DNA of 63,310 nt, counting the filler, from Octopus bimaculoides (taxonomy: Eukaryota), in assembly GCF_001194135.2 (NCBI RefSeq). It is 8 parts of 8 records of this genome, joined end to end, with 100 filler letters (N's around TTAATTAATTAA, not from the genome) between each part and the next. Parts side by side here need not be neighbours in the genome. Positions count along the whole stretch, not along the records: positions 14,195 to 28,308 come from NC_069001.1; 7 more parts are not named here. One strand, written 5' to 3'. Below the pieces are notes generated by a model. The model worked only from the letters and a program-made list of their open reading frames with translations. It did not search any database and was not told the origin of the DNA. The translations under genes and the position numbers were made by a program. How positions within the stretch are numbered: the stretch's first letter is position 1; each line of letters begins with the position of its first letter. Below are positions 14,428-28,308 of this stretch, in pieces.

Positions 14428-14976
14428 CTATATATGATAGATCAGAATTCAAGTGAATCAAGCACTTAAATGGAATGGCACCGAGTCGGGGCGAAAACTA
14501 AAATGTGTACACAACAAAAATAGAGGAATATATTTGCGGGTAACGAAGTCCAGGCAGAAAGATATTCAGGTCATGTATGCGATTAACTGCACCCGAATGA
14601 GTATATCAAAAACCCTGAGGTTAATCAAGTAACACAAATTGCACTAGCAAGGGTCATAGAGCCATGGAGATACACATCCCGTTGGATTTTGAATGTTTTT
14701 GAATGCTGTGGTTCATGTGTTCACCCGATGAAAATGTTTTTTTATCAAATGTTGTAATGTCTCCATTAATCAAATAAAAATTCGTTGGAAACAGCTGTAG
14801 TGAATTGACACATTATCCATCTGTTGTTATCTATTCATTCATTTATNNNNNNNNNNNNNNNNNNNNNNNNNNNNNNNNNNNNNNNNNNNNNNNNNNNNNN
14901 NNNNNNNNNNNNNNNNNNNNNNNNNNNNNNNNNNNNNNNNNNNNNNNNNNNNNNNNNNNNNNNNNNNNNNNNNNNN

Positions 14977-15042
<66 letters not shown>

Positions 15043-15144
15043 AGTCAATGTGTGAATGAAAAAGCGGCATTTCGTCCGTCTTTACGTTCTGAGTCTATAT
15101 GCCGCCGGGATTGGCTTATTATTATCATGTTTTATTTTGCGTAA

Positions 15145-16265
15145 ATTTATGCAAGCTGCACCCAGCATGCCGAAGTCAATACCCTAAATCAGACACAGAC
15201 AGAATATATCTAACCCACCCAGAAGGAGGTCGCAGCCTGGCACAGATAGAGAACTACTATAAAATAACAACAGTTGGACTAGAAATGTACTTAAAAACAA
15301 AAAAAACTACTAGAAGTAATAAAGCAACATGAGAAAAAGAAAACGCATTTCTCTGTACACAAGGAGGCGACAAAATACAAAACAAACAAACTACACTGAT
15401 ACACTAATCTCAGTTGACAATATAGCAGAAATGGTCAAAGAGACAAAAAACAACATGAAAACAGAAGTACAAAACGTACAAAAGAAAGAATGGAGAGAAA
15501 AATCACTCCATGACCAATACCCTGCAAGGCTTGACAGAAAAGAAGGGAGCCTAAGTAAAAACCAACAACGGCTCAAAAGCTCTGAACTAAAAGCTGAAAC
15601 GGAAGGACTGATTCTCGCTGCACAAGACCAACGCCTGACCACAAGCAATTATAGAAGCAAAATACTGAAAACAGGCCCTAATACCAAATGCAGAATGTGC
15701 AACAAGCACGATGCGACAGTTGATCACATCATTTCTGGCAAGTCCTCACCAAATCCGAATATATATATATACAGACATGACCGAGTAAGTTGTTATATCC
15801 ACTGGACAATATGCCAGCACAATAATATAAAAACTAACAAGAAATGGTATAAGCATGTACCAAACAAGGTGCATGACAACGACCAGGCCATAATTATTTG
15901 GGATAAGCCTATTCAAACTGACAAAGAATAAAGCTAATCGCCCAGACATGATAATCAGGGATTGGAAAAAATAATAGACCCGCTTACTGATAGACATTAT
16001 AGTCCCGTTTGCTCAAAATATTGGCCAAAAAGAAGTGGAGAAATTGTTCAAGTACAAAGACATGGAAATTGAACTATTCAAGATGTGGGGCATGAAAATA
16101 AGGACAATACCAGTAATAACTGGAGCATTGGGTATGATAAAAAAAAAAAAACATGAACAAAACGTAGAAGCTATACCTGGATACTCAACACTACACACTA
16201 TCTAAAAAGCTAGCCCTGCTAGAAATACCCACATCGTACGCAAGACACTATCAATTCAAAAGTAC
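15145..16265 (+). mobile_element. R4/Dong-like (RLE-type) non-LTR retrotransposon, 3' fragment, decayed
   Basis: YPKSDTDRIYL...EGGR, EGLILAAQDQ, CRMCNKHDATVDHIISG (CCHC), RHDRV..IHW, IIWDKPIQTD..RPDM, LLIDI.VP (PD-D/ExK nuclease). Confidence 0.85.
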
Positions 16266-17174
16266 AACCCAAATAAACCAATTCACCAACACAAGACATA
16301 CTTTAAACCGTAAATATCCAATAAAATAAACACTCCCTACATCATGTACCCTACAGGAAGGATACCCAAGATAAGACCGCAACTCACATTACACGTACAA
16401 CACACAATGCACTAACGCAACAAAAGACGGCAACTAAATCCCATAGCAGAACAAACTGATGCAATAAAATACCGGGAAGAGTTTACGTTGCCCCAACAAC
16501 AAAAATAATCACACAATGCTGCACACTCCCCAGCAACACGGAGGTGTAGCAAATGATGCAGTAGAAATTTGCCTGAAATTATCATATGTTCAGCTGCTGA
16601 AATCATTCACTTAACAGCTCCCCCCACAAAAAATAAGTGAGCTTTTTCTAGTACTTTCTATGTTTACTAAAACTTTTGAGATGGTTATGTTTATAAGCTT
16701 CGATATCTTAACTATGATAGTTAGTCCCAACTTGCCGAAGATACTCTTAAAATCCTCATCCGCCCGCCCTTACTCGATTGTCAGCTATGTCAAATAACAG
16801 TCCAATCAATCCATCTGTATTAGTAGTCACAAGTTCACTCCTCTATTTAACGCCGCAGCATCAGCAGCAGCTAAACCAATGGTCATGAATTTGCCATCAT
16901 TTGTTGTCTAAAGAAATCAGGGGAGGTAATATTAGGACCCCTCGGCCTTATAGTAATAAAAATAATTATAGTAATAATTGTGAAACTATAGTGGTGAACA
17001 AGTAAATAATAAAATAGGGGTTATAGTAGTAATACGGAAATTATAATAGTGAGCAATAATTATCCAGAATGATTAACAAAAGGCGTTGGGAAACTATCGA
17101 GTCGTCAGCGACTAAACCGGCAATTCCACTAATCTTGCTTAGTGAGGAGTGTGGATTTTCGACACCCTGCACAG

Positions 17175-18420
17175 AGAAATGAAAGACAAGGTCACCGCTG
17201 CATATTTCAAGCGCATCAAACTTCTCTTGAAATCGAAGCTCAACTCAAGGAATCTTGTGACTGTCATCAACATATGGGTGGTTGCTGTAGTCCGCTATAG
17301 TGCACCCATCCTGAGATTGACCAACTCGATCACACTACTCGAAAGACAATGACAACGCATGGTGCCCTCTACCCTAAGGCAAATGTACACAGGCTCTACA
17401 TGAAGAGAGGTGAGGGTGAATCTGGGCTGATTAGCGTACGGGGTAAACAGCAAAGAAATATATTGCTAGTGCAGAAGGAGTTAACAAAAATGGACTTGAG
17501 AGTGCTCACGAATTCCGAACAAAAACAGCCAACGAGAGAGAAGAAACCCTATTCCGTATGGAATTACATGGGCAGTTCCACCGAGAAACCAAGAAATTAA
17601 AAGACCAGAAAGCATCATGGAGATGGCTCAACAAGGGTAACCTAAAAAAGAATACTGAAAGCCCAATCATCGAGGCCCAGTACCAGGCATTGAATACCAA
17701 CTCAGTGAAGAAGAATATATACTATACAAGTGCATCGGACCTCTGCAGAATATATGGGAAGAAGGTCGAAAGTGTGACTCGCATTGTTAGTGCTTGTGAA
17801 TGTATTGCGCAGAAAGAGTACAAGTGTAGACACGACAAAGTAGCCCAAGACCTCTACTGGTTACTATGCCTTAAGTACGGATATGAGGTTACTGGTGCTT
17901 GGTACCAACATACACCGGAAAAGTTAATGGACAAAAAGGGGAAGGTAAAAATCCTCTGGGACTTTGATTTCCAGACAGACAAAATATCAGAGTACCGAAG
18001 ACCGGATATAGTAACCTTTAGGAGGGACAAATAAGAGTGCCTAATAATCGATGTAGCAGTGCCAGGAGATAAACGTATTATCACGAAAGAAAGAGAAAAA
18101 GTTGCTAGATATGGGGACCTGAGAATTGAGATCGCTAAGATGTGGCAGCTACGAGAGTCGAACATAAAGGTTATCCTTATTATCCTCAGAGCATTGGGTT
18201 CAATACCACCCAATCTGAAAAAAAAAACATCTGAAAACCTTAGAAATACCCTACAATCTAGATATATTGCAAAAGTCGGCATTACTTGGAACTGCACGCA
18301 TATTGCGTAAAGTAAAGTACTGTCTGAGGTCCTTGTTGTGACTTGACAAACAGTACAAAACCCCGATAGACACAATATCTTCAGTCAACAACCTCACGAT
18401 ATTGCATACTGTGCGACGTC
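17175..18420 (+). mobile_element. R4/Dong-like LINE 3' fragment with (TAA)n tail
   Basis: KRIKLLLKSKLNSRN..IN.W.V.VVRYSA, LHGQF, CRIYGKKVESVTRIVSAC, ILWDFDFQTD..RRPDIV, IDVAVPGD, EKVARYGDL. The 3' UTR is followed by (TAA)n at 18422-18460. Confidence 0.88.
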
Positions 18421-18460
<40 letters not shown>

Positions 18461-18461
<1 letters not shown>

Positions 18462-19240
18462 ACGTGGAAAATTTTTGGCGAAGGTTAACATCAAGAGAAG
18501 CATATTTCAAGTAGATAGCCTGTCACCATTGTTGTTTGTGATTCGTATGATACCCTCACACAGATACTACAGTAAGTGGTATTGGGGTACACCTTGAAAT
18601 GTGGAGAAAAAATAAATTATCTGTTATATCTGGCTGATTTAAAGATCTTTTGAAAGACCGAACATGAAATAAATGGCCTAGTTTCAACAGTGCAGATATT
18701 CAGTAAGGATATCGGAAAGTGTGGTATGCTTATAATACAAAGAGGCAGTGTAGTATCGTCTGATAGTGTAGAGCTAGCCAAAGGCGAGAAAATCAAGGGT
18801 ATTCAGACTAATGAATATAAATAGCTGGGGATAGCGAAATGAAGGCAAGTAAATTATGGAAAGTAGACTGAATGGGAAAAACAAAATCAGAGCATTGAGC
18901 ACGTGGGCTATTTCCTTAATGCGATACGGTGCAGATGTTGTTAGGTGTACAAAGAACGAGCTTTAAGAAATGAACAGGAAAACTAGACAAGAGATGACAA
19001 TTAACAAGGAATTACACCTCAAAAGCGATACTGACAAACTGTACGTGCCTAGAAACAGGGGTGGAAGAGGTCTCATAGGATGCAAGATCTGTGGTGTCAA
19101 CGAGAAGAACAGTCTGGGAGAGTACATCAAACAGCAGGGTGAATCCTTGCTTGCAGCAATTAGAATTAACAATATAATCCTTACCGAAAATGTGATGCAC
19201 CCACAAACATTTAAGAAACTGTTGTATGGTGAAACTGTAT
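18461..19240 (+). mobile_element. R4/Dong-like LINE RT fragment starting directly after (TAA)n
   Basis: VNIKRSIFQVDSLSPLLFV..., KINYLLYLADLK, RKTRQEMTINKELHLKSDTDKLYVPRNRGGRGLIG. Confidence 0.8.
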
Positions 19241-19249
19241 AACCCTCCC

Positions 19250-19345
19250 GGCTCAAGAACACAAAACGCAGCCCGATCCAGGATTTGAACTCACAACCTC
19301 ATGATCGTAAGCTCGACGCTCTAACCACTGAGCCATGCGCCTTCA
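19250..19345 (-). mobile_element. tRNA-like SINE head (fourth family)
   Basis: Minus strand gaaggcgcatggctcagtggttagagcg...gagttcaaatcctggatcggg...ttgtgttcttga: A-box and B-box, no tRNA acceptor stem. Confidence 0.75.
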
Positions 19346-19377
19346 CACACACACACACACTCACACGCACGCACACG

Positions 19378-19420
<43 letters not shown>

Positions 19421-20394
19421 AACATATGGTATAATTATAAACAGGGCAAATTTTAGCCATTTCTCGCAAACTGAAAAAATGATAAACAATCTTAATCGAT
19501 TTTCGAACCTTATTGGAATCTATCAGTAGTGTCTACCTCATTCTGACGGTCTCCAGAGAAAACGAATGTAATTATACATATATAATTGCATTCTTCAATA
19601 AATCCATTTCTTGTTTAAAACGATTTGAGAGAGGTTAACGTGCTAAATCTAACACGTGTTGTTTCATACGCCTCATTTCGTTCTTCAGAACATATGTCTT
19701 GTCACACTCCGGCTCAGGCTTTCTCTAACTCTTCTTCTAATGGAATATGTAGGGCTCCTCATATTTTATAACAAAGCAAATAGATAAATAGTTGTAGGCC
19801 ACCTTCTCATCCTTCCCTGATCGAACTCCTCGGGCAAAGAAGCACTGCTTTTGTTACATACCTCGCCCATTCCTTCTCTCCTTCTCTTAGCTTTTCAGTT
19901 TCAGTGGTTGCATTTCTCCCCACAAATTTAGCAATGTTGATAGCATTTTGTTGATGGTAAAGTTATTCTTTCCCCCACCCCGTTCCCTTGAAAAACCGTT
20001 CCTTCATATGTAAATGTTAAAGTTCAGAGTTCGATTTTCATGTTAAATAATATGTGGTGGTGGTTATTTATGTGAGTGCTACAGAGACTATGACAAGTGC
20101 TTTTCCTTGTCGCTTCTGATGCATGAAAAACTCTCCAAATGTCCACAGTGTGTTTGTGACAGTTGAAAAAAAAAAGCAAAAAAAAAACACCTAAACATAA
20201 ACCATTAATCTACCTCGGGTAGCAGGAATAATATTCAAAAGCCTTTTCATTCGGTAATCATGGGACTAAATATCTTTTAGATGGAACTCTGTGAAACGTG
20301 ACCATTCAAAGCGAACAACAACAGACAACAGCAACAAAGAAAAATTATAAAAAAAAAAAGAACACATCAATAATAATGATAATCATAGTAATAA

Positions 20395-20454
20395 CACTGC
20401 TACTGCTGCTGCAACTACAACTACAACAACAACAACAACTACTACTACTACTAC

Positions 20455-20535
<81 letters not shown>

Positions 20536-20745
20536 TAATAATAATAATAATGATAATAATGATGATAATAATAATAATAATAATAATGATGATGATAATA
20601 ATAATAATAATAATAATAATGATGATAATAATAATAATAATAATAATGAGTACCATCATAAAAATCCCATTAAAATCCTTGATCATTCAACTGCTGACAT
20701 TGAGCCCACACATATACACAGACACATACGCACACGCATACATAC

Positions 20746-20802
<57 letters not shown>
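20395..20802 (+). repeat. Compound trinucleotide tract (CTG/CAA/CTA/AAT/GAT) followed by (CA)n
   Basis: Direct reading. Confidence 0.95.
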
Positions 20803-21313
20803 NNNNNNNNNNNNNNNNNNNNNNNNNNNNNNNNNNNNNNNNNNNNNNNNNNNNNNNNNNNNNNNNNNNNNNNNNNNNNNNNNNNNNNNNNNNNNNNNNN
20901 NNNNNNNNNNNNNNNNNNNNNNNNNNNNNNNNNNNNNNNNNNNNNNNNNNNNNNNNNNNNNNNNNNNNNNNNNNNNNNNNNNNNNNNNNNNNNNNNNNNN
21001 NNNNNNNNNNNNNNNNNNNNNNNNNNNNNNNNNNNNNNNNNNNNNNNNNNNNNNNNNNNNNNNNNNNNNNNNNNNNNNNNNNNNNNNNNNNNNNNNNNNN
21101 NNNNNNNNNNNNNNNNNNNNNNNNNNNNNNNNNNNNNNNNNNNNNNNNNNNNNNNNNNNNNNNNNNNNNNNNNNNNNNNNNNNNNNNNNNNTATATATGT
21201 GTGTGTGTGTGTGAATGTATATATACATATACAGGAATATATACATATATATAAACACACTCATATAGATACATATATGTGTATACATGTGTGTATGTGT
21301 ATTTATATATGTA

Positions 21314-21345
<32 letters not shown>

Positions 21346-22774
21346 AAACACTTTGAAAATGGTTTTATGAATCATAAATGATTTAACGACACACAGACAA
21401 CGACACACACACACACACACACACACATACACAAACACACATAGACACACACTCACGTACACACACAACACAAATATACACACACAGGCGCACGTGCACA
21501 CATAAACGTGCATAACACGCAACGCACAACACACAATACACACATATACATACAACTTACACACGCAAACTAAACATTGTGAAGGAAAGGCGATATAAAC
21601 ATATCGAACTGTGTCTGGAGATAAATGTTAGGGGTTCAATGCTTAAATATAATAGATTGTTTAATAAATAGATCGATTGAACTGATCCGCCGATAGTCTT
21701 TTATTGTATATGATCGGCAAATGGCTAGATAAGTCGTGTCTGTTATATGTGAGGACTTTAACTGTTGATGCTATTGTTGTTGTTTAAGGTGGCCGCGGCA
21801 GCGCTGGTGGTGGTCGTTTTGGGGATGAGCTAGTCTAGTTTAAGCTTGATTCAGAACGCCTATTACCAAAGGTATTCCAACTATGATCCTCCCGTCTAAT
21901 TTCTAGAATAGTACGTATGTATACATATACACACTCACAATTATATATATATATATATNNNNNNNNNNNNNNNNNNNNNNNNNNNNNNNNNNNNNNNNNN
22001 NNNNNNNNNNNNNNNNNNNNNNNNNNNNNNNNNNNNNNNNNNNNNNNNNNNNNNNNNNNNNNNNNNNNNNNNNNNNNNNNNNNNNNNNNNNNNNNNNNNN
22101 NNNNNNNNNNNNNNNNNNNNNNNNNNNNNNNNNNNNNNNNNNNNNNNNNNNNNNNNNNNNNNNNNNNNNNNNNNNNNNNNNNNNNNNNNNNNNNNNNNNN
22201 NNNNNNNNNNNNNNNNNNNNNNNNNNNNNNNNNNNNNNNNNNNNNNNNNNNNNNNNNNNNNNNNNNNNNNNNNNNNNNNNNNNNNNNNNNNNNNNNNNNN
22301 NNNNNNNNNNNNNNNNNNNNNNNNNNNNNNNNNNNNNNNNNNNNNNNNNNNNNNNNNNNNNNNNNNNNNNNNNNNNNNNNNNNNNNNNNNNNNNNNNNNN
22401 NNNNNNNNNNNNNNNNNNNNNNNNNNNNNNNNNNNNNNNNNNNNNNNNNNNNNNNNNNNNNNNNNNNNNNNNNNNNNNNNNNNNNNNNNNNNNNNNNNNN
22501 NNNNNNNNNNNNNNNNNNNNNNNNNNNNNNNNNNNNNNNNNNNNNNNNNNNNNNNNNNNNNNNNNNNNNNNNNNNNNNNNNNNNNNNNNNNNNNNNNNNN
22601 NNNNNNNNNNNNNNNNNNNNNNNNNNNNNNNNNNNNNNNNNNNNNNNNNNNNNNNNNNNTATATATATAAGATCGAAGATGGAAGATACGATAATTTTTA
22701 TTAATCATTACAATTGTTTCGATATATCTAGTATCGATCCCTCACGGGCGGAATTATATAGATATAATTTATCT

Positions 22775-22977
22775 TTTACTTGTTTCAGTCATTAGACTGC
22801 GGCTATGCTGGAGCACCACCTGGGAGAATTTTAGTCGAATTAATCGACCCCAGTACTTACTTTTTATCGTTTTCATTAATACGGGTACTTATTCTGTCGG
22901 TCTCTTTGCCGAACCGCTAGATTACGGGGACGTAAACACATCAACACCAACTGTCAAGTGATGGTAGGGGACAAACA

Positions 22978-23026
<49 letters not shown>

Positions 23027-23840
23027 ACACACACACATACACACATATACACATACATATTTATACATACGATGGGCTCCTTTCAGTTTCCGTCAACCAA
23101 ATCCACTCAGAGATTTTATCGGCCAGAAACTATAGTAGAAGACATTTGTTCAATGTACCACGCAGTGAGACTGAACCTGGAACCATGAGGTTGCGAAGCA
23201 AATTTCTTACCACTCTAGCTTCCCCGTAGTTTTCATCTACCAAATTCACTCATACGGCATTAGACAACCTGGGACAAGAGTGAAAGACACTTGCCTAAGA
23301 TGCCGTGCAATGAGATTCAACCCACAACTAAGTGTTTGAAAAGCTCAGACAGACAACCGAGAGGTTTCTCACAATAGACATGGTACTTAAATTATCAGGA
23401 AAACTCGTGATCATTTAGGAGCACGTCGCCTCTTTTATATTATGAGGTTGTATGGTAAGACGATTGCTTCCCAGCCTCATAATTCCGAGTTCATTCCCAC
23501 TGTGTGGCACCTTGGGCAAGTGTCTTCTACTATAGCCTCGGGCTGACCAAATCTTTGTAAGTAGATTTGGTAAATAGAAACTGAAAGAAACCCGTTGTGT
23601 GTGTGTGTGTGTGTGTGTGTCTGTGTGTCTGTGTCTGTGTGTGCACGTGCACAAATACGTATGTGTGTGTCTTTGTGTACATATTTGTTCCCTACTACCA
23701 CTTGACAACAGGTGTTGGTGTGTTTTATGTCCCCGTAAATTAGCGGCACGGCAAAAGAGACTGGTAGAATAAGTACTAAAATCCTTGAAATTGGCGCTCC
23801 AGAATGACCACCGTCTAATGACTGAAACAAGTTAAAGGTA
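22775..23840. mobile_element. Head-to-head SINE-B copies (- 22775-23212, - fragment 23215-23340, + 23445-23840)
   Basis: Both long copies carry an internal (CA)/(TG) tract and the family-B tail. Confidence 0.82.
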
Positions 23841-24351
23841 GAAGGTGAAAAACATATCCAATGAGTTCTTTGTTTTATTAAGATATAACGTGAGATTTCA
23901 AGGAGATTGAGCTGCTATTTCTAGCAAGACTTCCTCGTTGGTTCCAACTTTTCTTAGACGTTGTTTTAGAAATTCAAGACAACCTATGGTGAAATATATT
24001 CTTATCTACTGGAATTAAATATTCTGCAATTCTGGAAATAGATATCTCTATACTGCAGAATTATATATTCTGATATGAAAGAAAATAACATTTCTATATT
24101 CCAGAATTAGATTTTGTTATCATTCGGAATTAAATATTCGGTTATTCAAAATTTAGATATCTGGTCTTCTTGTTATATAGTCTTATTTTACAGTATTTAC
24201 ATTTCTGTTATTCCAGAATTAGATATTCCTCTATTCTTAAATTAAATGTTTTGCTAATCATATGTTTTCACTCTCTCTCCCGCTCCCTTTCTCTCTCTCT
24301 TTCTGTCTCCCTCTCTCTGTCTCCCTCTCACACTTTCTCTTTTACTCCCTC

Positions 24352-24398
<47 letters not shown>

Positions 24399-24633
24399 AT
24401 CTGTCTCCTTCTCTGTCTCTCCCTCTCCTTTTCTTCTCTCTCTCTCTCTTCCCCTTCCTATCGCTCTCTTCACGCTTCCTCTCTCTCTCTCTCTATCTCT
24501 CTATCTATCTCTATCTCTCTGCGTATATTTGTGTCTTCTCTGCGGTTAATTTAACCTAATCATTGATACCGAAACTGACAAATGCTCCAAATAATTTTTA
24601 ATTTCAGTGAAATTCACACACACACATACACAT

Positions 24634-24696
<63 letters not shown>

Positions 24697-24819
24697 TTCA
24701 CACACACATATACACGGCGATTCGTCTGTCACCCCCTTTTACAACTCTCACAGCCCACCACCAACACCGCCACTTTTATATGAGAGAGACTGGACTAACC
24801 ATCCACTTCCGATCGACTG

Positions 24820-25178
24820 GACAAATCCAGCAGAGGTCGGCTGTTGCCTTTCATCTATTCGGGATCGATAATACAAAGTATCAGTCACGTATTGGGGTCG
24901 ATGTCCTACCCCCACAATATTTGAGGATATGTACCTTTGATAGACAGAACTATTTCTTAAAAAGGTGATTATCTGGCAGAATCGTTAGTCGACTAGTACT
25001 CCCTTCCCCAACATTGCAGGCCTTGTGCCGAGGAAGGATTAGGCTTTTCAACTGTCTTTACGTTCTGAGTTCAAATTCCACCGAGGTCGACTTAACCTTT
25101 CATTCTTTGGTGTTCGATGAATTAATTGACTATTCCCCTCCCACAAAATTTCAGGCCTGGTGCTTTTAGTAGAAAGGA

Positions 25179-25182
<4 letters not shown>
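24820..25182 (+). mobile_element. Two degenerate SINE-A copies, tail ii, running into (TTA)n
   Basis: ttctgagttcaaattccaccgaggtcgac; tail aaatttcaggcctggtgcttttagtagaaaggatt. Confidence 0.75.
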
Positions 25183-25225
<43 letters not shown>

Positions 25226-25227
<2 letters not shown>

Positions 25228-25591
25228 CATACACACAACAGATTAGATTGTTGGAAAAGAAAGATTCCTAACATCGGGCTTCAACAAATAACCTTAGATG
25301 CCAAAAACTCTCCTAAATATGCAAACTGTTCCTAATAACACTGTTTTCTGAAGCTGTACTAAACTGGGTTTTATGCCGATTTCCTCTATCCATCTGTTCC
25401 AATCTTTAGGGATAATTCCCAATGCACCCCAGTATAACTACTGGGGTACTTTTTACCCACATTTTCCATAGTCTCTGTAATTCAATGGCTAGGTCCTGGT
25501 ACTTTGCTATTTTTTCTATACTTCTCATAATGATTTTTTTCATCATTTGGGACTGTAAAGTCAATTATCTGGCACTTTTTATTCTCTTTAT

Positions 25592-25651
<60 letters not shown>

Positions 25652-27465
25652 AATCAGGCCTTCTACCTTCTATTACTCTGTCAGTCTCAGTGTTAAAGTC
25701 CCACAACATCTTGTATTTCTTATTTTCTAGTACTTTATTAGGTTCATGTTCATACCATTTATTAGTATATTCAAATCCTAGATTTCTACGTAACTCCTAG
25801 TGGATTGCTCTCCCTAGTTTGTCATGTCTTTTCTTGTATTGTCCCTGTGCCACTATGCTACATTTATTTAGTATACGAGTAGCACTTTCCACTTTGGATT
25901 TACATAACCTACTTTTGGAATCTATTTACTTTTCAATCTTGGCTTTTATCCAGTTTAGTCCTTTATGCTTGATCTTATGCAGCTACTAACAAACTTCCTG
26001 TCTCCCTCTTCAGCTTTCACTTCTGCAGCCGTAACTGTCTCACTACTACTATTTGCTGAAACTATTTTGGGGAATCTACCATGCAGCGCCTTCTCCTGCC
26101 ATTCAGATAATTTCTGTTCTTTCTCGTTTTTAACTTTGTTTGGGTTTTTGGTTTCCCTATGTCTTGCTGTGACTCTAGCAGCTTTCAATAAACTTTCTTC
26201 ACTATTACCTACATAGGAATCTATACCTACTTTAACTAAATGCACGCAGTCTTCCACTGATATTAACCCTCTTCCACCTTTATTCCTAGGTAAGTATAAT
26301 CTTGCTACTCCTGCCCTTGGGTGGAGTCCTCCATTCATATTGAACTTCTTCCTAGTTCCTCTGTCTAGCTTTGTTAATTCAGTTTTTGTCCAATCTAAAA
26401 AAACTGCTGAGTATCTAAGTAATGATACTGCCCAAGTATTTACAGCCTTCACTAGATTCGGACCATTTAGCATTGAGTTCATTAGCTTCCTCACCCTTCT
26501 GGTGTACTCCTCAATTTTCGTTTTCATTTCTATAGTTAGTACTCTGTCAGATTTTAATACTCCTAGATACTTATAATTCTTTCCTCCTTTTAATGATTTT
26601 CATGTCTGACCATCTGGTAATTGGATGCCTTCACTGTTAACTACCTGTCCCCTTTTCATGACTTGTATTGCACACTTATCTATGCCAAATCCCATGCTGT
26701 GTCTTTGCTGAAGTGATTTACTGTCTGCATTAAGTAATCTACCTCTATATTAAAATGCTTCAAATCATCCTTAATATTTCTGAACTGATACCCTGCCTTT
26801 GCCTTCCTTAATACTAAACTGAGGGTGGTCACCCTTCTGATGTGCCCCTTCTCAATTTTCACTTTTACTTCTACAGTTAGTACTCTATCCGATTCTAATA
26901 CCTCTAGATACTTATAACTCTCTCCTCCATTCAATGATTTCAATGTCTGGCCATCTGGTAATTGGATGCCTTCGCTGTTGACTACCTGTCTCCTTCTCGT
27001 GACTAATATTGCACACTTATCTATGCCAAATTCCATGCCTGTATGTTTGCCGAAGAGTCTTACAGTCTGTATTAAGGAATCTATCTCTTTTTCATTCTTA
27101 CTAAAATGCTTCAGATCATCCATGTAAAGCAAATGGTTAATTTTTCCATAAGTGTTTCTGAACTGATACCCTGCCTTTGCCTTCCTTAATACTAAACTGA
27201 AGGGGATGAAACATAAGAGAAATATTAAAGGGGACGAGTTCCCCTGGAAAATTCCTCTTTTGATATTCACTTTCCCTAAAACTGTGTCACCTGAGTTGAG
27301 ATCTATTTTCCATTTCGTCATGCTAAAGCTAATAATTTCTCTTATGTTGTCTACTATACTGAATATACTCAAACATTCACTTATCCATGAGTGTGGGATC
27401 ATGTCATAAACTTTCCCATAATCTATCCATGCTATTGTTAGATTTTTCTTTCTAGCTTTTGCTTC
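25226..27465 (-). mobile_element. R4/Dong-like LINE (RT to RLE) with internal duplication, internal (GTA)n and TAA-type tail
   Basis: NIKRGIFQGNS.SPL, HLLYMDDLK, LHPRAGVARLYLPRNKGGRGL, LHGRF, LWDFNTETDRVIEGRRPDLV..CQIIDF.VP.D. (TTA)n on + at 25183-25225 is the tail. Confidence 0.9.
25592..25650 (+). repeat. (CTA)n inside the LINE nuclease coding region
   Basis: About 20 units, in frame as Val codons on the minus strand. Confidence 0.95.
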
Positions 27466-27486
27466 ATCATCATCATCATATCATAT

Positions 27487-27712
27487 TAAGGCGACGAGCT
27501 GGCAGAATCGTTAGCACGCTAGGCAAAATGCTTAGCGGCATCTCGTCTGTCTTCGTGTTCTGAGTTCAAATTCTGCGGAGGACGACTTTGCCTTTCATCC
27601 TTACAGGGTAAAACACGGGGGGGGGGGCGATTAACTGACTAGTCTCCTCCCACAAGATTTCAGGCCTTGTGCCTTTAGTAGAAAGGAATATTGTTATTAT
27701 TATTATTATTAT
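27487..27712 (+). mobile_element. SINE-A (tail ii) with (TTA)n tail
   Basis: taaggcgacgagctggcagaatcgttagc ... caggccttgtgcctttagtagaaagga(tta)n. Confidence 0.85.
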
Positions 27713-27964
27713 GTAAGAATATGATTATGTTGAAAAATAGAAGTGAATAATGATGACAACGGTGATGGCGGTAGCGGTGGCGGCGGAGACGCCGGTGATG
27801 TGGTGGTGATGGTGGTGATGGTGGTGATGGCAGGGTGGAGGGTGAGTGGACGGATGATACCAAAAAAAAATCGATCAAATTGACTATTGACCTTGATTTT
27901 GTTCAGGAAGGTTATAGCTTCAATCTGATAGCCTTCTGTCATTCACTCACCCTCCTGCTGCTGT

Positions 27965-28024
<60 letters not shown>

Positions 28025-28196
28025 CACTCCCTTTCTCCTGCATCTTCTCTTCGTTCCTGTTCTCGTTGTTCTTCCTGTTGTTTGCAGTTGTTTTGTTTTC
28101 CTTCTTTTATTCTTGCTGCCATTTTTGATGCTTTATGTTGTTGTTGCTACTGCTGTTGTTCTGATCGACAGTTGCCAAAATAAATAGGGATGAAAC

Positions 28197-28308
28197 AAGA
28201 AGAAGAAGAAGAAGAAGAAGAAGAAGAAGAAGAAGAAGAAGAAGAAGAAGAAGAAGAAGAAGACGAAGAAAGAAGAAGAAGAAGAAGAAGAAGAAGAAGA
28301 AGAAGAAG
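28197..28308 (+). repeat. (GAA)n microsatellite
   Basis: Direct reading. Confidence 0.97.
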
